Positions 11,919 to 23,703 of a stretch of DNA of 38,593 bases are shown here, in pieces. Source of the stretch: Callorhinchus milii (Eukaryota); the NCBI RefSeq assembly GCF_018977255.1, contig NW_024705506.1, positions 1 through 38,593 on the forward strand. The letters run 5' to 3'. Under the pieces are notes generated by a model. The model was not told where the DNA came from and searched no databases. It worked only from the letters and a program-made list of their open reading frames with translations. The position numbers were made by a program, and so were the translations under genes. Position 1 is the stretch's first letter. Each line of letters starts with the position of its first letter.

Positions 11919-12475
11919 GTGAGACAGCCGTAGACACTGCAGTCCAACTTGGACAAGCAGTGCAAAGTGCAAGGTAGTGCCTCCATGGCATATGACCTTC
12001 CTTGGAGGGAAGAGATGTTAGTGGGATTGGCTGATTGGGCAATGAATATTAGAATTGAGTTCACCCTGAGTGGGTTTATCTATATATTTGTCTTTCTCTC
12101 TGAATGTGTATGTCTTGCGTCTCTATTTCTCAGTAGCCCAGTTCTTGCAGTAACCTTTGACACTGCTGATGACAGCTCAGATTGGTTCATCAACTGGCTA
12201 CATTGAAGTGGGAGACTGGGTAACTGGGAAGAAGGGAAATTCTTTTAAATTAGCTATTGTTAAACCAACAACCTTACTGGATTGGGGGAAGGGAGTCTTA
12301 ATGATGGGAAACTTGCCAAACAAACAATGTGGCCTACCTATTTAAACTCCACAATTCACACTCGAGAGGGGGTAGGGTGGAGCGGTGTGGCAGACAGAGA
12401 AAGAAACTAAGCTTCAGTTCTTATGGACCTGGGTCTCTGGCCAACTGCCACCTAACACTTTTGGGGATACAATCC

Positions 12476-14855
12476 AAAACAAAATGACATTTATACAGCA
12501 CTTTTCAAGTCGTGAGGACATCCCAAGGTCCTGGACAATCAGAGATTTAGACCTGAGCTGAGGGTTGGGATTAGGAGTGGTGGAGGGCAGGTAGGGGTGG
12601 GGTTAGGAAGGGTGACCAAAGACACAGTTGAACCGGAGGGTCCTGAGATGTGTATGAAGGAGGTGAGGAAGGGCTTAGGCGGTGGGATTGTGGGATGGAG
12701 TTCCAGAGGGTGGGGGCAGGGAGGCTGAAGGCCTGACCGCCAATAGTGGGCGGTATGTCCCTAGCGAGGGACATGAAGCAAGCTGGAACCCGCTAAAGGG
12801 AGGCATTGGACAGGTTGATATGGGGTAGCAGGTCAAATTGGTAGGGGGAGCAAGGCCATGAAAGTGAGTATGAGGATTTTGAACTCTATCCTCTGAGGGA
12901 TGAGGAGAGAATGGGGTTGGGTGAGCGTGGGGGTGATGGGGTCTGGTTTAGTAGAGGACACAAGCTCTGGATGATCTGCAGCATCTGGAGGGAGGAGTTG
13001 GGGAGGCCAACAAGCAGGGAGTTAGGGTAGTCGAGCCTAGATGGAATGAATGCATGGATAAGCATTTGGCATGCTGAGGTGAGAGACAGTTGCGGAGATG
13101 GAGGAAGGCAGAGCGGGTCATGGCACAGAAAGGATAGTTGAGGGTCATGCAAGACCCCAAGGTTCTGGACTGGCTTAGCAAGGTGGAGGGTGGAACCATG
13201 GATGATGATGCTGTCAACGCCTGGAGTGAGGATGTGCTGACAGGAACAAATCAAGAGCTTTGGTCTTGTTGACGTTCAACTGAAGAAAGTTAGCACTCAT
13301 CCAGAACTTGATGTCCTGCTATTCTGTGAGGACAGCAGTGGTCCTGGAGTTGAAGATGGAGGCAGAGAAGTAGTTGGGAGCATCCGCAAACATGTGAAAG
13401 TTGACCCCGCAATTGTGGATAATGTTACGGGAGCATGTAGATACTGAAGAGGAGCGAAGCAAGGTCAGAGCTCTAAGGAACACTGCAAGAGACGGTGTGG
13501 GGCTAGAGGAGAAGCCGTTTGTGGAGACAATGTGGAAACTGTATGATCTAAACCAGTCAAAGAAAGAACTATGATGTTTGAGGTGAGAGGAGAGGCGGTG
13601 GATGAGGATAGAGTGGTCAATAGTAACGAAGATAGCAGAAAGGTCAAAGAGGATGACGAGGCAAAGGGAGCCCTGGTTGTAGATGGATAGAATGTCATTT
13701 GGGACTTTGACTGGGGCTATTTCTGTGGTGAGGGTGGCACAGAAACTCGATTGGATGGGTTTATGAAGGGGGTGGGGGTGGAGAGGAAAGAGTGAATCTA
13801 AATAGCAACGACTCATTCCAAGACTTTGGAGAGGAAAGTGAGGTTGGAGATGTGACTGTAATTTAAGAACAGAGATGGGTCCAGAGAAGGTTTTTTGTGA
13901 ATGGGTGTGATGTCGGCTGTTTCTAAACAGGTGGCAATGATGCCATTGTAAAGAGAAAGGTTGATGAGGTCGTTAGTAGGAGTGGGGGCAAGTAGGTGGA
14001 GCTGGGAGGTAAGGAATGGGGTGGGATGGGGTCGAGGGAGCAAGCAGTCGGTTTCATATGGGTTATGTGCTGGTGAGAGGGGAAAGCGAGACAGGTTCAA
14101 AGCTGGGAAAGGCGCTAAACAAATGTAATCTTGTTGTTGTTATTGTGGAAGGAGGAATGGGTAGAGAGAGGCCTGTGTGTGAGGGTATGAGTAATAGAGA
14201 ATAGCAGTTGAAAGGGCAGAAGTAGCCGAGCGAACCCCACTTGATATTGGTCTTGATGAAGTCATTGGAGTTGGAAGAAAGGATGGGTAAAACATGAGAG
14301 GGTGGGCAGAAGAGGCAGTTGTTGATGGAGAAAAGCAGCCTGGGTTGTCCTTGTCCTCCAAGATTATCTTGGATTAGAAGAACAATTTAGCGAAAGTGAG
14401 GGTGGACCAGTAACTTTTGATGTGGTCCAGCAGAACTGCTGATGGACCATTAGGTATGATTTGAGCCAGGTGCATTGAGAAAGCAGAGGTAGCTGGTGTA
14501 CAATAATCCCTTCAAAACAAAACAATAATAAATTGGTCATTTTCAATCCACGACTGTTTGTGGGATGGACATTCATTGCTGTGCGCAATTGGCTGCTGCG
14601 TTTCACCCACAAATACACTGCCAATTCACTTTATATATTCTGTGAAGCGCTTTGAGACATCTACTAGATGTGAAAAGCTTAATATGATATGCAAGGATTA
14701 TTATTATTATAATCAGGGTGAATTGAGTGAGTAGGAGGTGGTTTGGGAGGTGAAAGGGCAAGGACATTGAGAGTGTTGGAGAGGAAGTTATGGAGGAAAT
14801 TGACTGAGGAAGATAGGTCATTGCATGAGGAAGCCCAGACAGGGATGAGTTCAGT
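12476..14855 (-). mobile_element. Degraded L2 LINE (3' tail, RT and linker), interrupted by a SINE
   Basis: Minus-strand peptides PSLDPSLFLNYSHISNLTFLSKVLE, VKVPNDIL..LFDLSAIFVTIDH and NLGVLHD..SRLDY, with frameshifts and stops. Confidence 0.9.
14502..14713 (+). mobile_element. 5'-truncated young-family SINE nested in L2
   Basis: aataatccc...aattggtcattttcaatccacgactgtttgtggg...gcaaggattattatt. Confidence 0.9.
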
Positions 14856-14856
14856 C

Positions 14857-15475
14857 AACAACTTGCACTTACATAGCGCCCGCCACGCAGGGTAGTGATT
14901 CAGAGCGCTTAACAGTGGCAAAGGCAGATTCCAAGCCAAGGTGGTGGGGGAGGGGGGCATAAGCAAGTCGAAGAGGAAGGTTTTCAGGTGGGGCCTGAAA
15001 AGGGGGAGAGGGGGCAAGGCAGAGGGATTGAGGGCGAGTTTTCCAGAGTTTCAGGGCATAGTGGCTGAAAGCGTGACCTCCAATGGTGGGGCGGAGGGTG
15101 CGAGGACAAGCAGGAGGCCAGTGACAGTCGAGCGGAGGTGCCGGGTGGTAGAATGGGGAGTGAGGAGGTTTGGAGAGATCGGGAGGTGCCAGAGAGTGAA
15201 GGGATTTGATCACGAGTGTGAGGATTTTGAAGTTGATCCGTTTGGTGATGGGGAGCCAGTGGAGCCTGGGCCAGAACTGGTGAGATGGGGGTACAGAATT
15301 TGGGCCGGATCAGTATATGTGTGGCAGAGTCTGAATGAGCTGGAAACTTATGAATAGTGGAGCTGGGCAGACCGACGAGGTGTGTGTTGGAGTAATTCAG
15401 GAGATAGGTGACCAGCGCATACAGATAGTGGGGGGTAGAGGAGATATCGCAGAGTGGGGAGAGGGGGCAGGGCAC
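14857..15475 (-). mobile_element. L2 3' fragment (subfamily with a different tail stem-loop)
   Basis: Minus-strand LNYSNTHLVGLP, PISPVL and HLKTFLFD. Tail on the + strand reads acaacttgcacttacatagcgcc. Confidence 0.85.
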
Positions 15476-15608
15476 TCATTGTGTTACTTACTAGGTTTTC
15501 CAACCTGGATCAGATAAATTCGAGAGAATATGGGTCTGAAGCCCTGGCACTAGGTTGGGATAGAATTGGCTTGTTTCACATCTATATTTTCTCTCTCTCT
15601 GCTTTCAG

Positions 15609-15647
15609 TGGGAAAGAAGACCTTGGAATTTACTAAAGTCAAATCAG
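15609..15647 (+). CDS. RPRD2: Candidate 39-nt RPRD2 microexon: (V)GKKTLEFTKVKS
   Basis: Strong acceptor ttttctctctctctgctttcag and weaker donor CAG|gtacac. Symmetric phase 1-1 with no stop. Lies in a short unique island between L2 fragments, at the position of the Lys-rich human exon 4. Confidence 0.55.
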
Positions 15648-15819
15648 GTACACAGCACTCGCAAGTGTTAAGCAAGGATGAAATAATAGCATTCCTGACT
15701 GAGTCAGATGATTGTGGGCCTCCAGAGGGTGGGGGCAGAGCACTAAGTATTTACATAAGCAGTGAGTATTCACTAAAGCTCCAGTATGATGATGGGGGGA
15801 GGGCCAAATTGTTGAACGT

Positions 15820-16537
15820 CATTACCCCTCCCTACCCATCCGTCTGTCCATCTCTCCTCTCACCTTGACTAGTTCAGATCATACCTCTCACACCACCTCC
15901 ACTTCATCTCCTCCAAACCCCGCATTGTCTTGTGTGGTATTCTTCAGTGCTCTGTCCTTGGTCCCCTCCTCTTCAATATTTATATGCTCCCTCTTGGTGA
16001 TATCATCCCCAGAAATGGGGTCAACTTCCACATGTATGTGGATGGCACAACGAAACCTAAACCTTACCCCTTGACTCCAGGACGGATGACACTTGACTGT
16101 ACCCATACCTTCCCCCTTGACTCCAGGACAGATGACACTCGACTACACCTATACCTTCCTCCTTGATTCCAGGGCCACTGCTGTCCTGACAGAATGTCTA
16201 TCTGACATCAAGTCCTGGATGAGAGCTAACTTTCTTCAGTTGAACGCCAACAAGACCAGTCCACCCCATCATTGGCAGTTGGGCCTTCAGCCTCTTTGCC
16301 CCACCCTCTAGAACTCCAGAACTCCATCTCACAGATCCTCCAGTTCACCTTCTCCATCGCCTTCTTCAAGACCTGTCTCAAGACCCTCCTATTCAACCGC
16401 GCCTTCAGTCATCCTCCTACCCCTACCCTACCGGCTCTCCATCCTCCTAGTACCAACCTCCAGCTCAGGTCCAAATCCTTGACTGTCCAGTGCTTTGGGA
16501 CGTCTTTCACTGTGTAAATGTCATGTTTTGTTGTTTT
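15820..16537 (+). mobile_element. Degraded L2 RT/3' fragment with an internal ~47-bp duplication; its tail abuts the exon acceptor
   Basis: Peptides GILQCSVLGPLLFNIYMLPLG, CLSDIKSWMRANFLQLNANKT and FKTCLKTLLFNRAF. Tail cagtgctttgggacgtc...ttgttg. Confidence 0.88.
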
Positions 16538-16542
16538 TACAG

Positions 16543-16595
16543 TGAGCAATAAAGCCAGAGGAGTTGTCAAATCCAAGATCCTTGCTGAATTCAGG
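16543..16595 (+). CDS. RPRD2: RPRD2 coding exon (human exon 5): SNKARGVVKSKILAEFR
   Basis: Acceptor ttgtttttacag and donor gtaagc; 53 nt. Matches human ALKSKIVAEFR. Confidence 0.93.
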
Positions 16596-17338
16596 GTAAG
16601 CACTGTAATAGCTTCATACACTGCAATCACCAATCCCCTGCCACCCTCCCCACCCGCCCACACCCCTCCCCCACCATCTCCCTGTAAACTGTAGCAGCGA
16701 TAGCTGAATTGATACACACACAGATCTGAACACCATTTTGAGAGTATAAGTAAGTTTAATCAAAATAACTGGTTGCAACTGACATCACAAATATTGAAAA
16801 ACTCATAAAGGATAGTGATCGGTTATCTATTTAACCTTCAGGGTTAAATGAACATTAGACTTTAAATTAAATAGATCACAAACAGTCCCATAGGAGGCAG
16901 GGTCAGCGGTCAAATTCAACTGGTCTCTCGAGTCTGTGACCAGGCTTCCTTCTCTCTCTTTCTCTCTCTCGGCTACACTGTCTTCCGCTGGTATAACAAC
17001 AACAACTTGGGTTTATGTAGTGCCCTCCACGCCGGATGGCATCTCAGAACTTCACAGTAACGGATCCCGGGACCGAGCCAGGGGGAGGGGGAGGAGCCAG
17101 GGCGAGGGGGGGTGAGCCAGGTAAGGGGGAGGAAGGTGACCAAAGGCGCGGTCGAAAAGAAAGGTCTTCAGCAGGGACCTGAAAATAGGAAGAGAGGGGT
17201 CGAGGCAAAGGGAGTAAGGAAGGCAATTCCAGAACCACGGGACGTAGTGGCTGAAGCCACGACCATCAAGGGTGGAGAGGAAGACTCGGGACAAGGAGGA
17301 GGCCAGACCCGATGGAATGAAGGCAACGGGTGCTGTTA

Positions 17339-17658
17339 AAAATAATAATCCTTGCATTTGATATAGCGCTTTTCACGTCTTCTAGACATCCCAAAGCGCT
17401 TCACAGAATATACTGTAAAGTGAATTGACTGTATATTTGTGGGCGAACGCGGCGGCCAATTGCGCACTGCAATGAGTGTCTCACAAACAGTCATGGATTG
17501 AAGATGACCAATTTATTATTGGTTTTTGTTTTGGAGGGATTATTATTAGGCTCTGTGTGGAGTAAGGAAACTTGCCCAAGGTTTCGCCCTCTGCCTGGAA
17601 TTGAACTCAGGTCTCTCACTTGCAAAGTGAGTGCTCTAACCACTGAGATACAGGACTC
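17339..17658 (-). mobile_element. Full-length young SINE (reverse strand)
   Basis: Reverse complement of the 4190-4510 element, from aataatccttgcatttg to cactgagatacaggactc. Confidence 0.95.
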
Positions 17659-18844
17659 GGAGAGAGGAGGTCAGAGAGGTAGGGGGGTGCATAGGAGTGG
17701 AGGGATTTGAAGACAAGGGTAGGCCAGCGAGGAGGGCATTAGAGTAGTCCAGCTGAGAGGTGACAAAGGCATGGACCAGGGTTTCAGTGGCTTTTGGGGA
17801 GAGTTATTGGCGGAGATGGGCGATGCATTGGAGGTGGAAGAAGGCGGTGCTGGTGAGGGACCGGATGTGGGGGAGGAAGAATAATTGGGGGTCAAACCTG
17901 ACGCCTAGGTTGCGTACGGGTTCGGAGAGTTTTAGGGGAGGTTGGGTAGGTGGAGGAGGTAAGAGCTGTGAGATTGTAGACGTTAACGAGAGCCAAAGAA
18001 TATGGCTTCCGTCTTGTCAACGTTCAGCTGAAGGAAATTTGCACTCATCCAGCCCCTGAGATCTGTCAGGCAGCTGACAGAGCATCAGAGGACTTGGGGG
18101 TTGCAATGTGAGGTGGAAAAATAGAGTTGGGTGTTGTCCGCATACATGTGGAAGCGTACCCTGTGGATGACATCCCCAAGAGGGAGTCTGTAGATCAGAA
18201 AGAGAAGGGGACCAAGGATGGATCCTTGGGGTACCAGGTAACCGGGTGAGAGCGGGAGGAAAAGCCGTTTATGCAGATGTACTGCTGGCGGTTTGTGAGA
18301 TAGGACTCCAACCAGGCGAGTGCGGTCCCACTGAGGTGGATGACGGAGGAAAGATGGTGCAGGAGGATGGCGCGATCGACTGTATCGAACACGGCGGAGA
18401 AGTCCAGGAGGACAAGAATGCAGAGAGCCCTGGTCATAGATAGAGAGGATGTTGTTTGTGACTTTCATAAGCGCAGTCTCTGTACTGTGGGCGGAAACCG
18501 GACTGGAGGGGTCCGACGAGGGAGTGGGAGGAGAGGTGTGCGCGGAGTTGATTGGCAACGTTCTAGGACCTTTGCAAGAAAGGGCAGGTTAGAAATGTGG
18601 CGATAGTGGCTGGGGTTTGAGGGACTGGGGAGGGTTTTTTCAGGAGGGGGATGATGATAGCAGTTTTGAGGGGGGCAGAGACTGATCCAGAGGAGAGGGA
18701 CTGGTTGATGACATCTGCCAATAGTGGGCAGAGGAGGGGGAGAAAGGTGACCAGTAAGTTGGTGGGGAGGGGGTCGAGACAGCAGGTGGTGGGTTTCATT
18801 GAGGTGATGGTGGATGGGAGGGAGAGATGGGGAGGAAGGAATGT

Positions 18845-19170
18845 GGAGCCCTATAGCTCAGTGGTTAGAGCACTCGCTTTGCAAGTGAGACACCTGGATT
18901 CAATTCCAGGCAGAGGGCGAAACTTTGGGCAAGTTTCCTTACTCCACACAGAGCCTAATAAGAATCCCTCCAAAACAAAACAATAATAAATTGGTCATTT
19001 TCAATCCACAACTGTTTGTGGGACACTGCTGTGCGCAATTGGCTGCCGCGTTCGCCCACAAATATACAGTCAATTCACTTTACAGTGTGTTCTGTGAAGC
19101 GCTTTAGGACGTCCTCCCGACGTGAAAAGCGCTATATCAAATGCAAGGATTATTATTACTATTATATTAT
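18845..19170 (+). mobile_element. Full-length young SINE with apparent 5-bp TSD (AATGT)
   Basis: Head ggagccctatagctcagtggttagagc. aatgt flanks both sides (18840-18844 and 19171-19175), and the host L2 resumes across it. Confidence 0.95.
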
Positions 19171-21019
19171 AATGTAGCATGTGGGTGGTGATAGGAGCTG
19201 ATGATGGGGAGTGTGAGGGGGGCGGAGTGGGGTTGGTAGTGGGTGACGAGGTAGGTGGATGAAGCTGCCTGGCAGATGTTGTGAATTTTGGATGAAAAGA
19301 AGTCCATGACCTCCTCGCACTTGGCATTGGACGTGAAGATTGAGGAGGCCTGAGGGAGCTCACGGAGGAGGTAGTGGATGGTGGAAAAGAGGACTTTGGG
19401 ATTGTTTTTTGCCTCCAAGATGATATTGGAGTAGAAGGCTGTTTTCATGTATGTCTGTGATATTCTGCCTGAGTCCATTTTTCTCCTGAAGTTTGCAGTC
19501 TGGAGTTCTCCAGCGATTAGCATCATCGACTAGAAGAGCTGCCTATTGCTGGTCTCAGAGGTTTAACTCGGAGTCCGTGTGGGTCTTCCTCCTTCAGCCC
19601 TCCTGCTTGTCCTCCGAGGAGTCGTTCTCAATCTTGAGTTTGTGTGGTTTCGGTCGGAGAGGTCAGCCCTTCGCAAGGGTGACAACAGATCCTCCTCCTC
19701 CTCTGTTCTCCCCCCAAGCTGAGACAACTTCAATCAGATTCTAAAAGTACTGACTTACAGTCACATCACCTTTTGACCATTCCCTTCCTTCAAATCTGCT
19801 CATGTTAACCTGCACATAGTGTTCATTGTATCGGTGCCCCTCAGTGATGAGTTCTCACTCATTCCTTTACCCTTCGTGATTCTTCTCCTGGCCCCTAATC
19901 TCCTCGTCCCAGTCTTGCTGTCGTTGCCTTGAAACTGCTTTCTGATATATTTCTTTGTTCTGAAAAATGTAATTTGGTTCTAACTTCTTTGATAGCTTTA
20001 AAACCAGTTTGTACCAGCCTGCTGACCTCTAGGTTCAATTTTACTCTTTACTTCAGCGGTTCTATAGGTCGTTCAATTGCCCATTTTCATTACTAAACAA
20101 CAGTGAGTACATTACCCATAATGAAACGAATGAACGCTTATAATCATAATCATACATAATGACATAATCATCCATAACTAATCATTATTTACGCTTTCCT
20201 CCCCCCCACCCCCACCCCTTCCCTGGGCTTATGGGGGACATCCACAGACTGAGGGAGAAATACTACTCTGGACGCCAGGGATTCTTTGTTGCAGGGTGGT
20301 GGGAAGTGGAGAATGTGGAACACTGCCTTGGAAGAGGAATTAATTGTAGGGAGTGGGGAGCTAACTGTGAGAAGTAGCCGAATAGAGGCATTTGATTATG
20401 GGACGGGAAGGAGTATTTGGAGTGGAATAGATCGAGCAGTTCTGGCTGACTTCCCCATGACACTTTTTGAACAAAACTAAATTCAGAATTTACTAGTTAC
20501 ATTATTATCCTTCTTCATGACCTCCTTCCCTTCCTCTTCAGTCCCCTCTCACCTCACCTCTTTCCCCTCGCTCTCCTTCAAAACCTCTCTAACCCAATCA
20601 TCACTTTGTTTCTCAATTATGAGACTTAACCACAGCACTTCAGTTCTGTCACCCTCCAGAGCTTAGCCCCTTCCCCAATGTTAGTGGGCTGCCCATGCCC
20701 GCTAACTCCCTGATCACACGCTCTTACTCTTGACCTCGGTGTTTTTGCTGTTATCCCTAATCTGAGCTGCTTTCCCCCAAAATTGCCCCATCCTGCAACT
20801 CCACACTGCATCACTCTTGCTGTGCCCTCCTCTCCCTCCATTCTCCATGCCTCCTAGACCCATTTGACCCCGTCCCACTACCTCCCTTCGCTTCAGCCTG
20901 GGAATCCTTGGTCGGGCTCACCATGGCACTTGGTGTTGGCTGTCCAATAGCAGCCACATTGACTGCCCCATTCCCCACTATCACCGCAAGCCCTGCCGAA
21001 CCCAAATCCCGGGGCCAAC

Positions 21020-23703
21020 CTCTCCTCCCTCATCCCTAATGCCATCCTTGTCAATCTTTCCATCATGTCCCTTATCTCGCACATTTATCTACCAACTACC
21101 CTTCCGCATTTACCTACGAAATGTCTGTTTCCTCTCCAACAAAGCCCTCACTATCAACAACCTCACTGTTGATGGAAACATTGATATCCTTGCCTTCCCA
21201 GAAACCAGCTCACCTCAGGCGATACCTTCATCCTGACTGAGGCCACAGCACCTGGCTATACCTTCCATCATACGCCACTTCCTAACTGTCCTCACTTGGC
21301 CTAACCCATTACTCCTCCAGTGGTGAGGCCCTCATCTCCAAGTCCTCACTAGGCCTATCCCATTACTCTACCAGTTAATTTCCCTTTGAGCAACTTACAC
21401 TCTACTGTCCCTCCAACCTTTCCCTCAAAATTCTCCTTGTTTATCAACCCTCCACAAACACTCCTCCATCTTAATAATAATAATAATAAGAAGAAGAAGA
21501 TCTCCACCATTCTAGCTTCTCTCTGCCTCTGTTCTGAACACCTCCTCATCCTGGGTGACTTCAACCTTCACTTTATTCCCTTTGCTCTGATGCACCCCTC
21601 CCTGCACACCTTGGTACCTGTCTCCCCCACCTTTCTCACTGCCACTATTACCCGCATGAAGCCCACCATCTGCTCCCTCAACCCCATTCCTACCCCTTCC
21701 CTTAGCTCTCAGCTCCAACTCCTTGCTCCTCTACTCTCAGACCTCATCAACTCTCAGACCTCACTCCCTGTCAACTGGCATCATTCTCACACTCCTACAA
21801 ACAGCCGTCATCCCCACTATCCTAAAATAACCTTCTGTATCCTACTTGATCTGCCTCTTCTCTCCTATCATGCAACCTCAATCATCATTTCTAACGCCAA
21901 GTATGAAGAGGTTATGGACTTCCTTACCTCTAAAATTGATAAACATCCACCAGGCAGCTTCATCCCTTACCCCATGGCATCTAACAACACCCCCATTCCA
22001 TCTCCCTCAACCCACCCACCCTCAGCTCCTATCATGGCCCCCATCCTACATTCATTTGCCCCCATCTTTCCTTCCTCCCTCTCATCTATCATCACCACAA
22101 TGAAACCCATCACCTGCTGCCTCGACCCCCCTCCCCATCCAACTGCTAATCACTCAGCTCCCTCTTCTCTTGCCCACAACTGGCAGACATTATTAACCAT
22201 TCTCTCTCCTCAGGATCAGTCCTACATGCATTCATTGCAACCTCAACATGCCTTGCTTCTTGTCCTCCTCAATTCTTTGCTCCACAAGCTGCAGATCATC
22301 CAAAACTCTGCACCTCTTCCGCACCATATCACCCCTACCCTCACCTGGTTCCACTGGCTTCCTATCCCTCAGAGGATCGTGTTCAAAATTTTTGTCCTCA
22401 CCTTCAAGACCCAACATGCCTTGCCACTCGTACCTCTCCGACCTGTTAATTCCTTATCAACCTGTCCGATCACTCTGCTCAGCAGGCTCTGGCTGTTCCA
22501 TGTCCCCCGCCCGATACCACCACCGTTGACCTTCAACCACTCTGCCCCATCCCACATTTTCTTTGCCTCACTCCTTCCCCTGCCTCCTTCAAGGCATGCC
22601 TGAAGAGCCTACTCTTCGATTGTGCCTTTGGCCACCCTCCTACCCTCTCTGCTCCCCACTCTCCTTGATCCCAACCTTCTCCCCGCCTCCCCGGTCGGGT
22701 TCTAATCCCTGACTGTTCAGTGCCTTGGGATACCCTCCTGATGTGAAAGATGCTTTACAAATGTCTTTTTGTATTGTACCTTCTCACTGCTCTCTCCATA
22801 TCAACTCTGGTAGACACGTCCACAGCCACCCTCTTAACCTGATGATTACCCGGGGCCTCAATGTCTTGGACTTCACCATCGCTGACAAAGCCATCTCGGA
22901 CTTTATCTCTCTTTACCTCTCCATCTCTCTCTCCGTCACCACCCAACCCACCTCCATCTCCTACTACCTCTTGAAATAATCTCCCCGCTCCCTCTCCACT
23001 ACCTTGGAGTCACTGGAACTCCTCCCCTCTGGGCTTCCTCTCACAATGACTTATCCTACTCGGTCACTCTCCTCCACAACTCCCTCTCCACCATTCTCGA
23101 ACCCTCGCCCTTCACCTCCCCCTACTCATGCAGTTCACCCTAGTCAACCAGCCACCTCCACTCCCTCAAGACACAGGTGCGTAGAACCAAACACATTTAA
23201 CTCAACTTAAATCTAAAGGTCCTTTGGCAGATCTGGCTGGACCGCATCAAAACTTAGCCCTCTGCTCTCACCCTCGCTAAATCGTCCTTCTACTCCAATA
23301 TAATCTTGGAGGCCAAGGACAACCCAGGCTCCTCTTCTCCATCAACAACCATTAACGCTGCCCACCCTCATGCATGCCCATCCTCCAACTCCAACTGCGA
23401 TGCGATGCTAGACTTCCTCGAGGGGATTCACTCGGCTGTCTTTCCACCCACTAACCCCTCCCCCTCACACCCTCCCCATCCCACCGTCACACTCAGGCCT
23501 CTCTCTACCCATCTCTCCCTCCACATTTTTGAACCTGACTCACTCTTCTCTCTCACCAACATCATAGGCCATATGAAACCGGCCATCCCTCTCCTTATCT
23601 CCCAGCTCCACCTCCTTGTCCCTCTATTAACCGACCTCATCAACCTCTCTCTGTCCACTGGCATCATTCCCACCCCTTTAGAAACAGCCGTCATCATGCC
23701 ATT
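21020..23703 (+). mobile_element. Mosaic of nested L2 ORF2 fragments including the APE endonuclease
   Basis: Peptides NVCFLSNK..NIDILAFPET, LILGDFNLH, HSHPLNLMITRGL, KPITCCLDP and HITPTLTWFHWLPI. Internal L2 tail at ~22715-22770. Confidence 0.88.

Larger units (their letters stand above)
16995..19447 (-). mobile_element. Degraded L2 LINE with two nested SINEs
   Basis: Minus-strand [45 protein letters not shown] and FYSNIILEAKNNPK. (AAC)n tail at 16995. Confidence 0.92.

Noticed and set aside
16829..16912. Small hairpin ATTTAACC..GGTTAAAT and DR1-like GGGTCAgCGGTCA in unique intron sequence
   Set aside because: Short motifs like these are expected by chance, and no conservation data are available.
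21386..22603. 405-aa ORF
   Set aside because: It is a patchwork of L2 fragments in mixed frames, open because the C-rich strand is stop-poor.
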